Shown here one piece after another: positions 1 to 9,290 of a stretch of DNA of 27,694 nucleotides; position 1 is the stretch's first letter, and each line of letters opens with the position of its first letter. The notes beneath the pieces were generated by a model. That model was given only the letters and a program-made list of their open reading frames with translations. It did not search any database and had not been told where the DNA came from. Both the position numbers and the translations under genes were made by a program. This stretch comes from Fibrobacteraceae bacterium (GTDB lineage: Bacteria; Fibrobacterota; Fibrobacteria; Fibrobacterales; Fibrobacteraceae), in contig JBAYFD010000001.1 of assembly GCA_041667365.1 (NCBI GenBank), forward strand, positions 1 to 27,694, written 5' to 3'.

Positions 1-114
1 CCAGCGGATATAGCTCTGGTTACCGTAAAAAGGAATTGCGGACGCTGCGGTAAATAGCGTGCAGAGCGCGAGGAAGAACGGCAGTTTTTTCACTATGTTT
101 CGGCCCGGTTTCAT
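1..114 (-). CDS. 5' part of a secreted protein running off the left edge
   Basis: Manual translation from ATG at 114 is open to the edge: MKPGRNIVKKLPFFLALCTLFTAASA-IPFYGNQSYIRW. It has a basic/hydrophobic/ASA signal-peptide pattern. GTG at 93 is an alternative start. Divergent from fmt. Confidence 0.5.
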   Translation of the reverse strand, partial: MKPGRNIVKKLPFFLALCTLFTAASAIPFYGNQSYIRW

Positions 115-186
115 CTGGTTTTAAAAACGAATGGAATGGCTGCAATATACAAAACGGCGGCCCTCACTTTTCTTATCTTTCCCCGT

Positions 187-1122
187 ATGAATATAGTCTT
201 TATGGGTACGCCGGAATTTGCGGCCCGATTTCTGCTCCATTTGCACAAAGGCCCGCATCGCATTCTGAGCGTAGTCACTCAGCCGGACCGCCCGGCGGGC
301 CGCGGGCGCGTGCTTACACCTCCGCCTGTGAAAACCTGCGCGCAGGAACTCGGATATCCCGTGCTGCAGCCGGAATCCGTAAAGGATCCGGGCTTCGCGG
401 AAACGCTTTCCGCGCTCCACGCGGATCTCTTCGTGGTCGTCGCTTTTTCCATTCTCCCAAAGGCCGTGCTCGCGGCGTCGAAACTCGGCGCGGTGAATGT
501 CCACGGAAGCCTTCTCCCCAAGTACCGCGGCGCGGCGCCCGTGCAGTGGGCGATTGCGGACGGCAACGCGGAAACAGGCGTCTCCGTGTTCCTCCTCGAC
601 GATAAGATGGATCACGGCCCGCTTCTCGAACAGCGCAAGGTCGCCATCGCGGACGATGACACCACGGCGACGCTCCTGGATAAAATGGTCGCTCCGGGCT
701 GTGACGCTTTGGACCGTGCCCTCGGACGCATCGCAATCGGAAATCTTTCGGAACTCCCCGCGCAGGAGCACGCTTTCGCAAGTCCTGCTCCGAAAATCAA
801 AAAGGAAAATGGCCGCCTGGATTTTTCGCACACGGCGAAACAACTTCACGATCAGATCCGCGCGTTCAGCCCGTGGCCTGGAGGCTATGCGTCCTTTATG
901 GGAAAGACGGCGTACCTCCGCAAGACGGTCGTCGCGCAGGTTCCGTTCCGCCTCGCTCCGGGCGAGGTCCGTATCGAAAGTGGTCATTTGTATGTGGGCA
1001 CCGCGGACGGTGTCCTTGAAATTATTGAAATCCAGCTCGAAGGCAAGCGCTCGATGTCCGTGCGCGAATTCCTCCCGGGCCTTCACGCCAAGGATGCACT
1101 TTGCTTCAAGACGATAGCTTAA
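187..1122 (+). CDS. fmt: methionyl-tRNA formyltransferase
   Basis: MNIVFMGTPEFA, VTQPDRPAGRG, NVHGSLLPKYRGAAPVQWAI and MDHGP motifs. Start moved from 136 to ATG 187 to match the family N-terminus. Confidence 0.95.
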   Translation: MNIVFMGTPEFAARFLLHLHKGPHRILSVVTQPDRPAGRGRVLTPPPVKTCAQELGYPVLQPESVKDPGFAETLSALHADLFVVVAFSILPKAVLAASKLGAVNVHGSLLPKYRGAAPVQWAIADGNAETGVSVFLLDDKMDHGPLLEQRKVAIADDDTTATLLDKMVAPGCDALDRALGRIAIGNLSELPAQEHAFASPAPKIKKENGRLDFSHTAKQLHDQIRAFSPWPGGYASFMGKTAYLRKTVVAQVPFRLAPGEVRIESGHLYVGTADGVLEIIEIQLEGKRSMSVREFLPGLHAKDALCFKTIA

Positions 1123-2345
1123 AAGAGCGTTTTTCCGTTTACCGCGCGCTTGTGGACTGGAAGGCGAACGGCACGTTCCTCCGGGAACATTCCCTTTCTC
1201 CGTTTGCGATGGAACTCGCGCTTGGCGTGTGCCGCAGACATCTGCTGCTGCTCCACGCTATCCGCAAAGGCGTTGCGAAGAACCCGGGCGAAAAGGCGGA
1301 GACCATTCTGGAGATGGGCCTCTTTCAGTTGTTCTTCATGGACAGCGTTCCGGAGCACGCGGCGATTGACACCAGCGCGGAACTTGCACGCATGGCGCTC
1401 GGCGAAGGCGCGGTGCGCCTTGTGAACGGGTTCTTGCGGAACGCTGCGCGGAACGGACTTCCGGCGCTCCCGCCGCAGAACGTGCAGCGCATAAGCATTC
1501 AGTACTCCGTGCCGGACTGGATCGTGCGCCGCTGGCTCGATGAAGGCGGCGCCGCGGAAGCGGAAAACCGCGCGAAGGAAACTCTCGCGACGCCCGTGCA
1601 GTGGATCCGCGTGAATACGGCGAAGACGACTTTGGAAAAACTCCGCGCGGAACTCGGACTCACCGGGCGCGATTATGCGGGGCGCTACCTCGAAGTCGCG
1701 GGCAAGGATGTTCACCTGGGCAAGCTTCTTAAGTCGGACGCTTTTGCGAAGGGACTGTTCTCCGTGCAGAACCCCGCCGCGTACGACGTTGTGAATCTTC
1801 TTCAGTGCGAATCCGGAAACTCGGTGTGGGACGCCTGCGCCGCTCCCGGCGGAAAGGCCGCGCTCCTCGCGGAAATGTGTCCCTGGGCGACGATCCTCGC
1901 GACGGATATCTCCGCCGCACGCCTCCGCGATATGGACGACATTGAAAAGCGCCTCGGACTTAAGAACGTGAAGTGCGCCGCAGTGGATGCGCTGAACTCC
2001 GGCTTTGCAGATAAATTCGATAGGGTCCTCCTCGATGTTCCCTGCACAAACATGGGGGTGCTTTCCCGCCGCCCGGAAGCGCTTTACCGCATCAAGGCGG
2101 AAGATTTTAAGACGCTCCCTGAAATGCAGTTTGCGATCCTCACCGCAGCGTCCAAGGCGCTCAAGGCCGGCGGTCGCCTGGTGTATGCGACATGCAGCCC
2201 GGAACGCGTGGAGACTACCCGCGTCATCGACCGCTTCTTCAAGGAAAACGTAGCGTTCAAGGCGGTGGGGGAACCCGTGCGCATCGGCGCGAACGATCTT
2301 GGTCTCGATCACTTTTTCGCACAGGCACTGGAAAAAGCAAAATGA
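1101..2345 (+). CDS. rsmB: 16S rRNA m5C methyltransferase, RsmB/Sun family, with NusB-like N-domain
   Basis: DACAAPGGKA SAM motif, DVPC and YATCS cysteines, NusB-like LEMGLFQLFF..PEHAAID; classic fmt-rsmB adjacency. TTG start with AGGA upstream; exact start uncertain. Confidence 0.85.
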   Translation: MLQDDSLKERFSVYRALVDWKANGTFLREHSLSPFAMELALGVCRRHLLLLHAIRKGVAKNPGEKAETILEMGLFQLFFMDSVPEHAAIDTSAELARMALGEGAVRLVNGFLRNAARNGLPALPPQNVQRISIQYSVPDWIVRRWLDEGGAAEAENRAKETLATPVQWIRVNTAKTTLEKLRAELGLTGRDYAGRYLEVAGKDVHLGKLLKSDAFAKGLFSVQNPAAYDVVNLLQCESGNSVWDACAAPGGKAALLAEMCPWATILATDISAARLRDMDDIEKRLGLKNVKCAAVDALNSGFADKFDRVLLDVPCTNMGVLSRRPEALYRIKAEDFKTLPEMQFAILTAASKALKAGGRLVYATCSPERVETTRVIDRFFKENVAFKAVGEPVRIGANDLGLDHFFAQALEKAK

Positions 2346-2917
2346 AAAAAACATTTCTGTTAATCTTCGCGTTGGCGTTTTCGGCTTTTGCCGCGGACGC
2401 TCCGGCGGATTCGTCCGGTCTCCTGAAACATGCGTATGTTTCGCTCGAAGGCGGTGCGCTGTACCCCCTCGATGATGAACAGAACGTCGTTACGCGCCGA
2501 AATTATTTCAGCCTTCTGGAATTCCGGTACGCCTATTTTGAAAACATATCGGGCGTGGTGCAGTTCGGTTATGCGTACTACCACACGAAAGGGGATTCCG
2601 TGGCGTTCCCCGGCGTGCATCAGTTCAATGGCCGCGTCGGCCTGGATTTCCCGCTTTCCCGTGTGAAGCCCATTTCCATCGGCGCGGGCTTCAGCTGCGA
2701 TTTGATGCGCGCGGATGGCTCTGACGAAGAAATCAAGAACTCTACGCTCAATGACAATGAAACGGAATTTGGCTGGTATGCCCGTCTGGACTTGCCTGTG
2801 ATTCTTACGCAAAAATACCGCGCGGGCGTCCATGGCTATTTTGAACAAATTTGGACTGAACCGGATATTTCGAATATCGTGTGGGTCGGCATTTACGTTG
2901 AACGGAAACTCTGGTAG
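2342..2917 (+). CDS. small outer-membrane beta-barrel protein (191 aa), function unknown
   Basis: ATG 2342 overlaps the rsmB stop (ATGA). Signal peptide MKKTFLLIFALAFSAFA, alternating beta-strand pattern, aromatic C-terminus VWVGIYVERKLW. Confidence 0.7.
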   Translation: MKKTFLLIFALAFSAFAADAPADSSGLLKHAYVSLEGGALYPLDDEQNVVTRRNYFSLLEFRYAYFENISGVVQFGYAYYHTKGDSVAFPGVHQFNGRVGLDFPLSRVKPISIGAGFSCDLMRADGSDEEIKNSTLNDNETEFGWYARLDLPVILTQKYRAGVHGYFEQIWTEPDISNIVWVGIYVERKLW

Positions 2918-2923
2918 GAGACG

Positions 2924-4624
2924 ATGATGTATAAATTAATGAAGATGATCGTTCTCGCCGCTGTCAGCTGCGCTTTTGCGGATATAGCTCCTGAAACCGA
3001 AGGAATGGAAGCGGATACCCGGGGTGACGGCACGTTCCTCATGGCCGGCCCCACATATTCTTATGACCGGTCTTCGATGCAGGGAGGTATCCATTCTGGA
3101 AGCGAAGAATGGTCCCCGGAAAAATTGCGGATGCATTTGCTTCTGAACCGTTATTCTTTGACGCCTTCGTGGGACATCGCCGCCCCGGCGGTCTGGGCGT
3201 CGACGGGTAATGAAATCGGTGACTTGCTGCTTTATGATTTGAGCTCAGACGACAGGGAGAAATGGAGCGGCAACCGTACGCCGATGATGGAAGGCGGTTT
3301 CCGCTCAAAATCGTATAAAGGTTTCTGGGTCACTGCGCGGGGCATACAGGTGGATCATTATAGTCAAAGGACAATGAGCGCCCGGGAAAAATGGGTTGAT
3401 GGCACGGATTATTCCCTGTTCGGCTCGAATCTCCCGTTCGAGAGCAGCGTTTACGCCGGCCTCGGTTATTCCGGCCACGGTTTGGAGACTTCGGTGCTGA
3501 CTGGCCATGAGTATTTGTGGGTGATGGGCGAGAGCGGCCGCTGGATTCCATACCATACGAATCCGCGCGTCGAAGGACGCATTGATTATAAAACCGTTCA
3601 GGCGACGTTCTCCTATCAGAATATAGATTTTGAAAATGATGCAGCCGGTGAATCCGGTACCCGCGATGAGATCAGCGGAACAGTCCGCGCGGCGCCCGTA
3701 GGCCCGGATTCCGCGGATCCTCTTAAGATAGGCGGCGGGGTCGCGTTCCGCAGCGCGCAGAGTCATGGCACTGTTTATTTCGGATTGGAAGATGATTATG
3801 TCGTCTGGCCTTTCGCTGAATTCGAACTGAAGCCCACGGACCGCCTTGAAATTTCGGGCTTCGGCGGCGTGAATAACCGTGACTGGCTTGTGAAGGATAG
3901 CGTGCGGTTATCGTTCAACGCTCCTTATGGCGTGAAGCCCTCGGTGGGTTTTAAGAATCATCTGGGAACGACGCTGAATCCGCTTGGCGACACCTATGAA
4001 TATTTTGACGGCGACACTCTCGATCTCACTGCGGACGGCTATATGCAGCTGCACCGGTTGTTTTTCGATCTTCGCCGGAATGCGGACTGGTTCAGCATGG
4101 GCTTCAATGTCGCAGGCTGGTTCGAAAAGGGCGCGGAAACTTTTGATACTACGGGATTCGTGACCGATGGCCCGCTCACGTACCGCACGGGGAACATGGG
4201 CCGCATCGATTCCTGGATCCGCGGGCTCACCGGCGAGGCGAACGTGGAAATCCGCTATAGCGATGAATTCTCCCTCGGAGCGCGCGCCGGCGCGGAACGT
4301 ATCCGCGGGGATGAGAAGCGCTTTGAAGTGAACCCTTCCGAAGAATGGGTGGAATTCAAGGCGCATTGGTTCCTTCTCCGTCATTTCACAGTCGATCAGT
4401 CATTGGCGTACCGGAGCGATGCCAAATGGAATCTCCGCACGGAGGATCCGATGGTCATCAAGGGCGACTGGTACTGGAACGCGAGCTTCTCACAGCTCTT
4501 TCCGGAGTACGGTCTTTCCTTGACGGGCACCATTCTGCATACGCTTTCAAGGGATGCGGTCCTTGTTCCGAACGGTGGTTATGACCGCACGCGCTTCTAC
4601 TGCAACATCAGCAAGACGTTCTAA
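2924..4624 (+). CDS. large exported protein, probable outer-membrane beta-barrel, function unknown
   Basis: Signal peptide MMYKLMKMIVLAAVSCAFA; Gly/aromatic-rich strands; C-terminal FYCNISKTF beta-signal; GGAG upstream. Confidence 0.65.
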   Translation: MMYKLMKMIVLAAVSCAFADIAPETEGMEADTRGDGTFLMAGPTYSYDRSSMQGGIHSGSEEWSPEKLRMHLLLNRYSLTPSWDIAAPAVWASTGNEIGDLLLYDLSSDDREKWSGNRTPMMEGGFRSKSYKGFWVTARGIQVDHYSQRTMSAREKWVDGTDYSLFGSNLPFESSVYAGLGYSGHGLETSVLTGHEYLWVMGESGRWIPYHTNPRVEGRIDYKTVQATFSYQNIDFENDAAGESGTRDEISGTVRAAPVGPDSADPLKIGGGVAFRSAQSHGTVYFGLEDDYVVWPFAEFELKPTDRLEISGFGGVNNRDWLVKDSVRLSFNAPYGVKPSVGFKNHLGTTLNPLGDTYEYFDGDTLDLTADGYMQLHRLFFDLRRNADWFSMGFNVAGWFEKGAETFDTTGFVTDGPLTYRTGNMGRIDSWIRGLTGEANVEIRYSDEFSLGARAGAERIRGDEKRFEVNPSEEWVEFKAHWFLLRHFTVDQSLAYRSDAKWNLRTEDPMVIKGDWYWNASFSQLFPEYGLSLTGTILHTLSRDAVLVPNGGYDRTRFYCNISKTF

Positions 4625-4649
4625 CTTTTTCGAACAAAGTCTTTTTCAG

Positions 4650-4674
4650 AAGCGGTCATCCGGGGCCGCTTTTT
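4650..4674. terminator. probable intrinsic terminator between convergent OMP gene and mutY
   Basis: AAGCGGTC-ATCCGG-GGCCGCTT stem (one G-T pair) followed by a T run. Confidence 0.55.
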
Positions 4675-5729
4675 CAATGGGCGAATCCTGTGATTTTCAA
4701 AGCCTTGATGCTCAGGCTGTTCGCGAACATTGTTGCGGCGGATTTCGCCGGAATCCATTCCCGGAGATTATCCGCCCGCTTTCTGGAACGGATATAAAGC
4801 ACGGCGCATTCCATGCGATGAATTGTGATGGAATGACGGAAGCTGCCGACCCATTCGTAATGCGAAACATCTTCCGCCGGAATAAAAGTTTCTATGGCTC
4901 CGGGGAGTCCTTTCGCGTGCGCTTTGGAAAATTCAAAGAGGGGGAGCGTCCGCTGATTTTTGAGGAACGGAGGCGCTCCGTTCACCGCGAGAATTTTTCC
5001 GTCGGCGCTTTCGATGACGGCGACCACGCCCGTCCAGTTTTTCTGTACGCTTTTCTTTTTCGGCGGGTACGCCCCGGTGCTTTTTTCTGCATAAGCCTTG
5101 CAAATAGCGGAGAGCGGGCAGCTATCGCAGCCGGGATTTTTTGCCTTGCATACGGTGCGCCCGAGCTCCATCAGAGCTTCATTTGTGATGAACGATTCCG
5201 TCCCTGCGCACCAGGCGCGCGCTTCGTTCCAGTACGCATCGGCGTTTCTTTTGGAATCAGGCAGAAAATTCCATGCGTGCAGTCTTGAAAAAATGCGGAT
5301 TAGGTTCCCGTCGAGAATCGCTTCGGCCTTGTGCCTTGCAAAGCTCAGGATCGCTCCCGCGGTGTATTTCCCGATTCCGGGGAGCGCTTCTATTTCTCCG
5401 CGCGTTTCCGGGAATGCTGCGTTATAACGTTGTAATAATATCTGTGCCGTTCTATGAATGTTCTTCGCACGGCTGTAATAACCGAGCCCTTGCCAGTGCA
5501 AAAGAACGGCTTCTTCGCCGGCGCTTGCGAGTGCGCGGATGCCGGGGTAGTCCCGCATCCATCGGATGAATTGTTCCTTGACGGCTTCGACCTGCGTCTG
5601 CTGCAGCATCACTTCGCTTATCCAGACCGCGTAAGGGTCACGGAAAGCGTAAGGATCTCCGGCGCGCCACGGGAGCGCTGCCCTGTGCTTCAGGAACCAG
5701 CGCTTGAGCGCCGCTTCCGCTTGGCTCAT
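4674..5729 (-). CDS. mutY: A/G-specific adenine DNA glycosylase
   Basis: WISEVMLQQT, GLGYYSRA, HhH LPGIGKYTAGAI, ILDGN catalytic Asp, 4Fe-4S motif CKAKNPGCDSCPLSAIC. ATG 5729 overlaps the upstream stop (ATGA). Confidence 0.93.
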   Translation of the reverse strand: MSQAEAALKRWFLKHRAALPWRAGDPYAFRDPYAVWISEVMLQQTQVEAVKEQFIRWMRDYPGIRALASAGEEAVLLHWQGLGYYSRAKNIHRTAQILLQRYNAAFPETRGEIEALPGIGKYTAGAILSFARHKAEAILDGNLIRIFSRLHAWNFLPDSKRNADAYWNEARAWCAGTESFITNEALMELGRTVCKAKNPGCDSCPLSAICKAYAEKSTGAYPPKKKSVQKNWTGVVAVIESADGKILAVNGAPPFLKNQRTLPLFEFSKAHAKGLPGAIETFIPAEDVSHYEWVGSFRHSITIHRMECAVLYIRSRKRADNLREWIPAKSAATMFANSLSIKALKITGFAH

Positions 5730-7132
5730 TTTTTGTAGACGCGGCTGCAGAGGCTTGTGAAGAATTTCCATTGTCCCTTCGCGGCGCGTTCGAGCGTGTA
5801 GTCCTTGCTGCGGCTGAATGCGTGCGTGCGGAGGCTTTCATATTCCGCGGCGCGTTCTGCTTTCATCCGGATGCAGTCTTCGATGCACGCGAGCCAGCGA
5901 TCTGTTTCGCCGTACGGCAGGATGAATCCGCAGCCCTTGTCGCGTACGATGTCCTGCGGACCGCCCCTGTCCGTGACGATCGCAGGGGTTCCGCTTGCGA
6001 GCGCTTCGACGACGACGTTCCCGAAGGTGTCCGTTGCGCTTGGGAAGATGAAGAAGTCCGCATCCGCGTAAAGACTGGCGAGGGTGTCTCCGGCCTGATT
6101 CCCTGTGAAATGCACTTCGGGACAGTCCTTGAAATGCCCGCGGAGTTCTTCAAGATACCAGCCGTCGCCCACGAACATCAGCTCCGCGTCGTGATTCTTT
6201 TTGCGGAGTTCGAACCACAGATTTTCCAGGAACGGAATGTCTTTTTCCTTCGAGATGCGTCCGACGAATACAAAGCGCACTTTGCCGGTTCCGCCGAATT
6301 TTTCCCAGACGCCTTTGCCGCGGTGTTCCGGGCTGAACTTCTCGAGAGGAATTCCGCGCGGGAGAATCTGCACGTCTTTTTCCGGAATGTGAATGTCGCG
6401 GATGAGAATTTTCTTGTAGTCTTCACACGGGCTCACCACGGGCCGCGTGAACTGGTAAAAGATGCGCATCAATTGCAGGACGTAGACGTGCATCCATTTC
6501 GCTTTCACTAGCATTTTGGTGTACGTCGGAACGTCCGTGCGGTAATGGCTGATCACCTTGATTCCCGCGATTTTTGCGCAGATGCCGATAGCCCACGCCC
6601 CGGGGCTCGGCGTTTCGAGTTCTACGAGGTCTATCGGGTAGCGCTTCATGAATCGCAGGAGCGGGCGCACGTGCGGAATGGCGAGCTCGCTGTTTGCATA
6701 GCCGAGCTGCTGCATACTGAAAATCCGGGGCAGGAGCATCGTGTATCCGTTCTCGATGATGCCGCAGGGCCTTGTGTGGAAAGCGCTCCCGGCGAGTACC
6801 GCCTTGTAGCCTTGCGCGCGCATATAGCCGACGACGTTCCGGAGATTATTCGCGATGCCGTTCACTTCGTCGAGGTTATCGGAATAGAACGCGATGCGGA
6901 TGTTTTGCGGATCCATAGCCGCATGGCGCTTTTTCATCGCGTGGCGCAGCCGGAGAAGCTCCGGCAGGTTGCGGATGATTTGCCACAATACGATGGGTGG
7001 AATCATGCATGTGCGGATGTTTCCCGGTTTCTGATGCGGAAAAGCGAAATAATGCGGGAACGTGCTTGTGACCGTTCTTCCGAAAATAGGTTCGCGCGAG
7101 TCCAGTTCCGCCGGTGTAAACTTCTGCTTCAC
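5726..7132 (-). CDS. glycosyltransferase family 4 (GT-B), paralog A
   Basis: YSDNLDEVNGIA, FVFVGRISKEK, DTFGNVVVEALASGTP (D-x7-E). GTG start overlaps the paralog B stop (GTGA). Confidence 0.9.
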   Translation of the reverse strand: MKQKFTPAELDSREPIFGRTVTSTFPHYFAFPHQKPGNIRTCMIPPIVLWQIIRNLPELLRLRHAMKKRHAAMDPQNIRIAFYSDNLDEVNGIANNLRNVVGYMRAQGYKAVLAGSAFHTRPCGIIENGYTMLLPRIFSMQQLGYANSELAIPHVRPLLRFMKRYPIDLVELETPSPGAWAIGICAKIAGIKVISHYRTDVPTYTKMLVKAKWMHVYVLQLMRIFYQFTRPVVSPCEDYKKILIRDIHIPEKDVQILPRGIPLEKFSPEHRGKGVWEKFGGTGKVRFVFVGRISKEKDIPFLENLWFELRKKNHDAELMFVGDGWYLEELRGHFKDCPEVHFTGNQAGDTLASLYADADFFIFPSATDTFGNVVVEALASGTPAIVTDRGGPQDIVRDKGCGFILPYGETDRWLACIEDCIRMKAERAAEYESLRTHAFSRSKDYTLERAAKGQWKFFTSLCSRVYKK

Positions 7133-8556
7133 TTCTTGTCTCCGATTCCTAAACTATTGAAAAAATTCCATTGCGCGGATGCGGAAATTTCAAGCGTGAA
7201 ATCCTGACTGCGCTTGTATGCATCTTTCCGCATTTGTTCGTAATCCGACTTTCCGCTGTGCTGAAGTTCTGTGCACTCTACAAATTGTTCGAGCCACGCT
7301 TTTTTATCGTGGAAAGGCAGAACGAATCCGCAGTCTTTGCCACGGATGATATCCTGCGGTCCGCCCTTGTCCGTGACGATCGCGGGAGTTCCGCTCGCAA
7401 GCGCTTCGACGACTACGTTCCCGAATGTGTCCGTCGCACTAGGGAATACAAAAAAGTCCGCGTCCGCATAAAGCCCGGCGAGTTCTTTGCCGCCGCGGAT
7501 CCCTGCGTAATGCACTTCCGGGGAATCCTTGAAGTGTTCCTTTAGCTTCTGTAGATACCAGCCGTCGCCCACGAACATCAATTCCGCATCGTTTCTGCCT
7601 TTGTGAAATTCGTGCCATAGATCTTCAAGGTATGGAATGTCTTTCTCCTTGGAGATGCGTCCGACGAACAGGAAGCGCGTCCGCCGGGGGGCATTTTCGC
7701 CAGCGATGCTTTCCCAGACGCCATTGCCGCGCTTCGACGGGCTGTAAAGGGCGAGTTCTATGCCTCGGGGAAGAATGACGACCTTGTCTTCCGGAACTTT
7801 GATTTCATCGATGAGAATTTTCTTGTATGCCTCACAGGGACTGATGACGGGGCGGGCCATGCGGTAAAACACCCGTGTCAGGATAAGAACCGCGAAATGA
7901 ATCCATTTTGCCGGAACGAGCATGCGCACGTAACCCATCGCATCCGTGCGGTAATGCCCGATTGTCCTTATCCCGATGATCCGTGCGCATAGGAGTATCG
8001 TCCAGTTCGTCGCGGATGGACTTTCCATTTCAATCAGATCGACGGGATAGCGGCGCAGAAGCCGGAATACCGTTTCGACGCGCGGAATGGAAAGCTCCGT
8101 ATTCGCATAACCAATGGCTTCCATGCTGAAAAGCCGCGGCAGGAGAAACACATAGCCGTTCTCGATGACGCCGCGCGTGCGCGTGTTGAACACGTTCCCG
8201 ACGAGCGCGACCTGGTGCCCGCTGCGCCGGATGTAGGTGCCCACTTGCCGCAAGTTGTTCGCAATGCCGTTCACTTCATCGAGGCAGTCTGCGGAATATA
8301 CCATGCGGATGGGACCCGGTCTGCGGTTCTTCTTGTATTTTGTATAAAACAGGCGGAGCGAGAGAAGCCCGGGCAGGTTCGAGATAATTTCCCACGCGAG
8401 CATCACTAGAATGAACCCGGCCTTGATGCGGCCTGTTCCCCAGTGCTTCATCGCGGGCTTTTGCGGAAACACGCTCGTGACGGTGCGCCCGAATACAGGC
8501 GGGCGGGAGTCGTAGCGGTTATCGGCGGCGGTTGTTGAACTTGACGCAGTCTTCAT
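7129..8556 (-). CDS. glycosyltransferase family 4 (GT-B), paralog B
   Basis: YSADCLDEVNGIA, FLFVGRISKEK, DTFGNVVVEALASGTP; collinear with paralog A. Confidence 0.9.
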   Translation of the reverse strand: MKTASSSTTAADNRYDSRPPVFGRTVTSVFPQKPAMKHWGTGRIKAGFILVMLAWEIISNLPGLLSLRLFYTKYKKNRRPGPIRMVYSADCLDEVNGIANNLRQVGTYIRRSGHQVALVGNVFNTRTRGVIENGYVFLLPRLFSMEAIGYANTELSIPRVETVFRLLRRYPVDLIEMESPSATNWTILLCARIIGIRTIGHYRTDAMGYVRMLVPAKWIHFAVLILTRVFYRMARPVISPCEAYKKILIDEIKVPEDKVVILPRGIELALYSPSKRGNGVWESIAGENAPRRTRFLFVGRISKEKDIPYLEDLWHEFHKGRNDAELMFVGDGWYLQKLKEHFKDSPEVHYAGIRGGKELAGLYADADFFVFPSATDTFGNVVVEALASGTPAIVTDKGGPQDIIRGKDCGFVLPFHDKKAWLEQFVECTELQHSGKSDYEQMRKDAYKRSQDFTLEISASAQWNFFNSLGIGDKK

Positions 8557-9286
8557 AACGAATTCCCTTTCCTCCGAAAATGTCCAGTGCGCTTCCGATC
8601 GTGAGATCTACTTTTTCCTTTGAAATCCGGGCGCAGCGTTCCAGGTCTTCAATTCCGCGCGCGCCGCCCGCGTAAGTGACGGGCACGGGGCTTTCCTTTG
8701 CGAGGAACGCGATGAGCTCTTCATCCATTCCGCGCTGCATCCCTTCTACGTCTGCGGCGTGGATCAGGAATCCGTCGCAGTACCCGCCGAGCGTTTCCAG
8801 AACTTCTTTTGTAATCTTGTATGAAGTCACGGTCTGCCAGCGGTCCGTCGCGACATTCCAGCCGTCGCCCGTGCGCTTGCAGCTCAAATCGAGGACGAGC
8901 CGGCTTCTGCTGACAGCTTTTGACAGTGCGCGGACGCGGCCCATGTCCAGTTCTCCGCCGACGAAAAGCCAGCTCGTGACGATGATGTGCGCGGCACCTG
9001 CATCAAGGTATTCTTTCGCGTTATCCGGATTGATTCCGCCGCCGGCGTCAAGACCGCCGGGGTAGGCGGAGAGCGCTTCCTTTGCCGCGGCTTCGTTTCC
9101 TTTGCCGAGCATGATCACGTGACCGCCCCTGAGTCCGTCTTTCTGATACAGCTTCGCAAAGTACGCCGGGGATCTGTCCGTTTCAAAATTCGTGCGCAGG
9201 CCCGTTCCCGTATCCTTGAGGGAACTGCCCACGATCTGTTTGACTTTGCCTTCGTGGAGGTCGATGCAGGGACGGAACACGGTCAT
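8519..9286 (-). CDS. hisA: ProFAR isomerase, eukaryote/His6-type HisA
   Basis: MTVFRPCIDLHEGKVKQIVG, IHAADVEG, VTYAGG and LTIGSALDIFGG match the His6-like subfamily. Start moved to ATG 9286. Confidence 0.9.
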   Translation of the reverse strand: MTVFRPCIDLHEGKVKQIVGSSLKDTGTGLRTNFETDRSPAYFAKLYQKDGLRGGHVIMLGKGNEAAAKEALSAYPGGLDAGGGINPDNAKEYLDAGAAHIIVTSWLFVGGELDMGRVRALSKAVSRSRLVLDLSCKRTGDGWNVATDRWQTVTSYKITKEVLETLGGYCDGFLIHAADVEGMQRGMDEELIAFLAKESPVPVTYAGGARGIEDLERCARISKEKVDLTIGSALDIFGGKGIRYEDCVKFNNRRR

Positions 9287-9290
9287 AAAA

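Noticed and set aside
5730-5771. Longer ORF-track starts for mutY (5771); likewise fmt (136), hisA (9373), dacB (21828), comEC-like (26248), nitroreductase (27503), OMP (2192) and bS22-like (17077)
   Set aside because: Downstream starts match family N-termini, signal peptides, SD positions or stop/start overlaps better.
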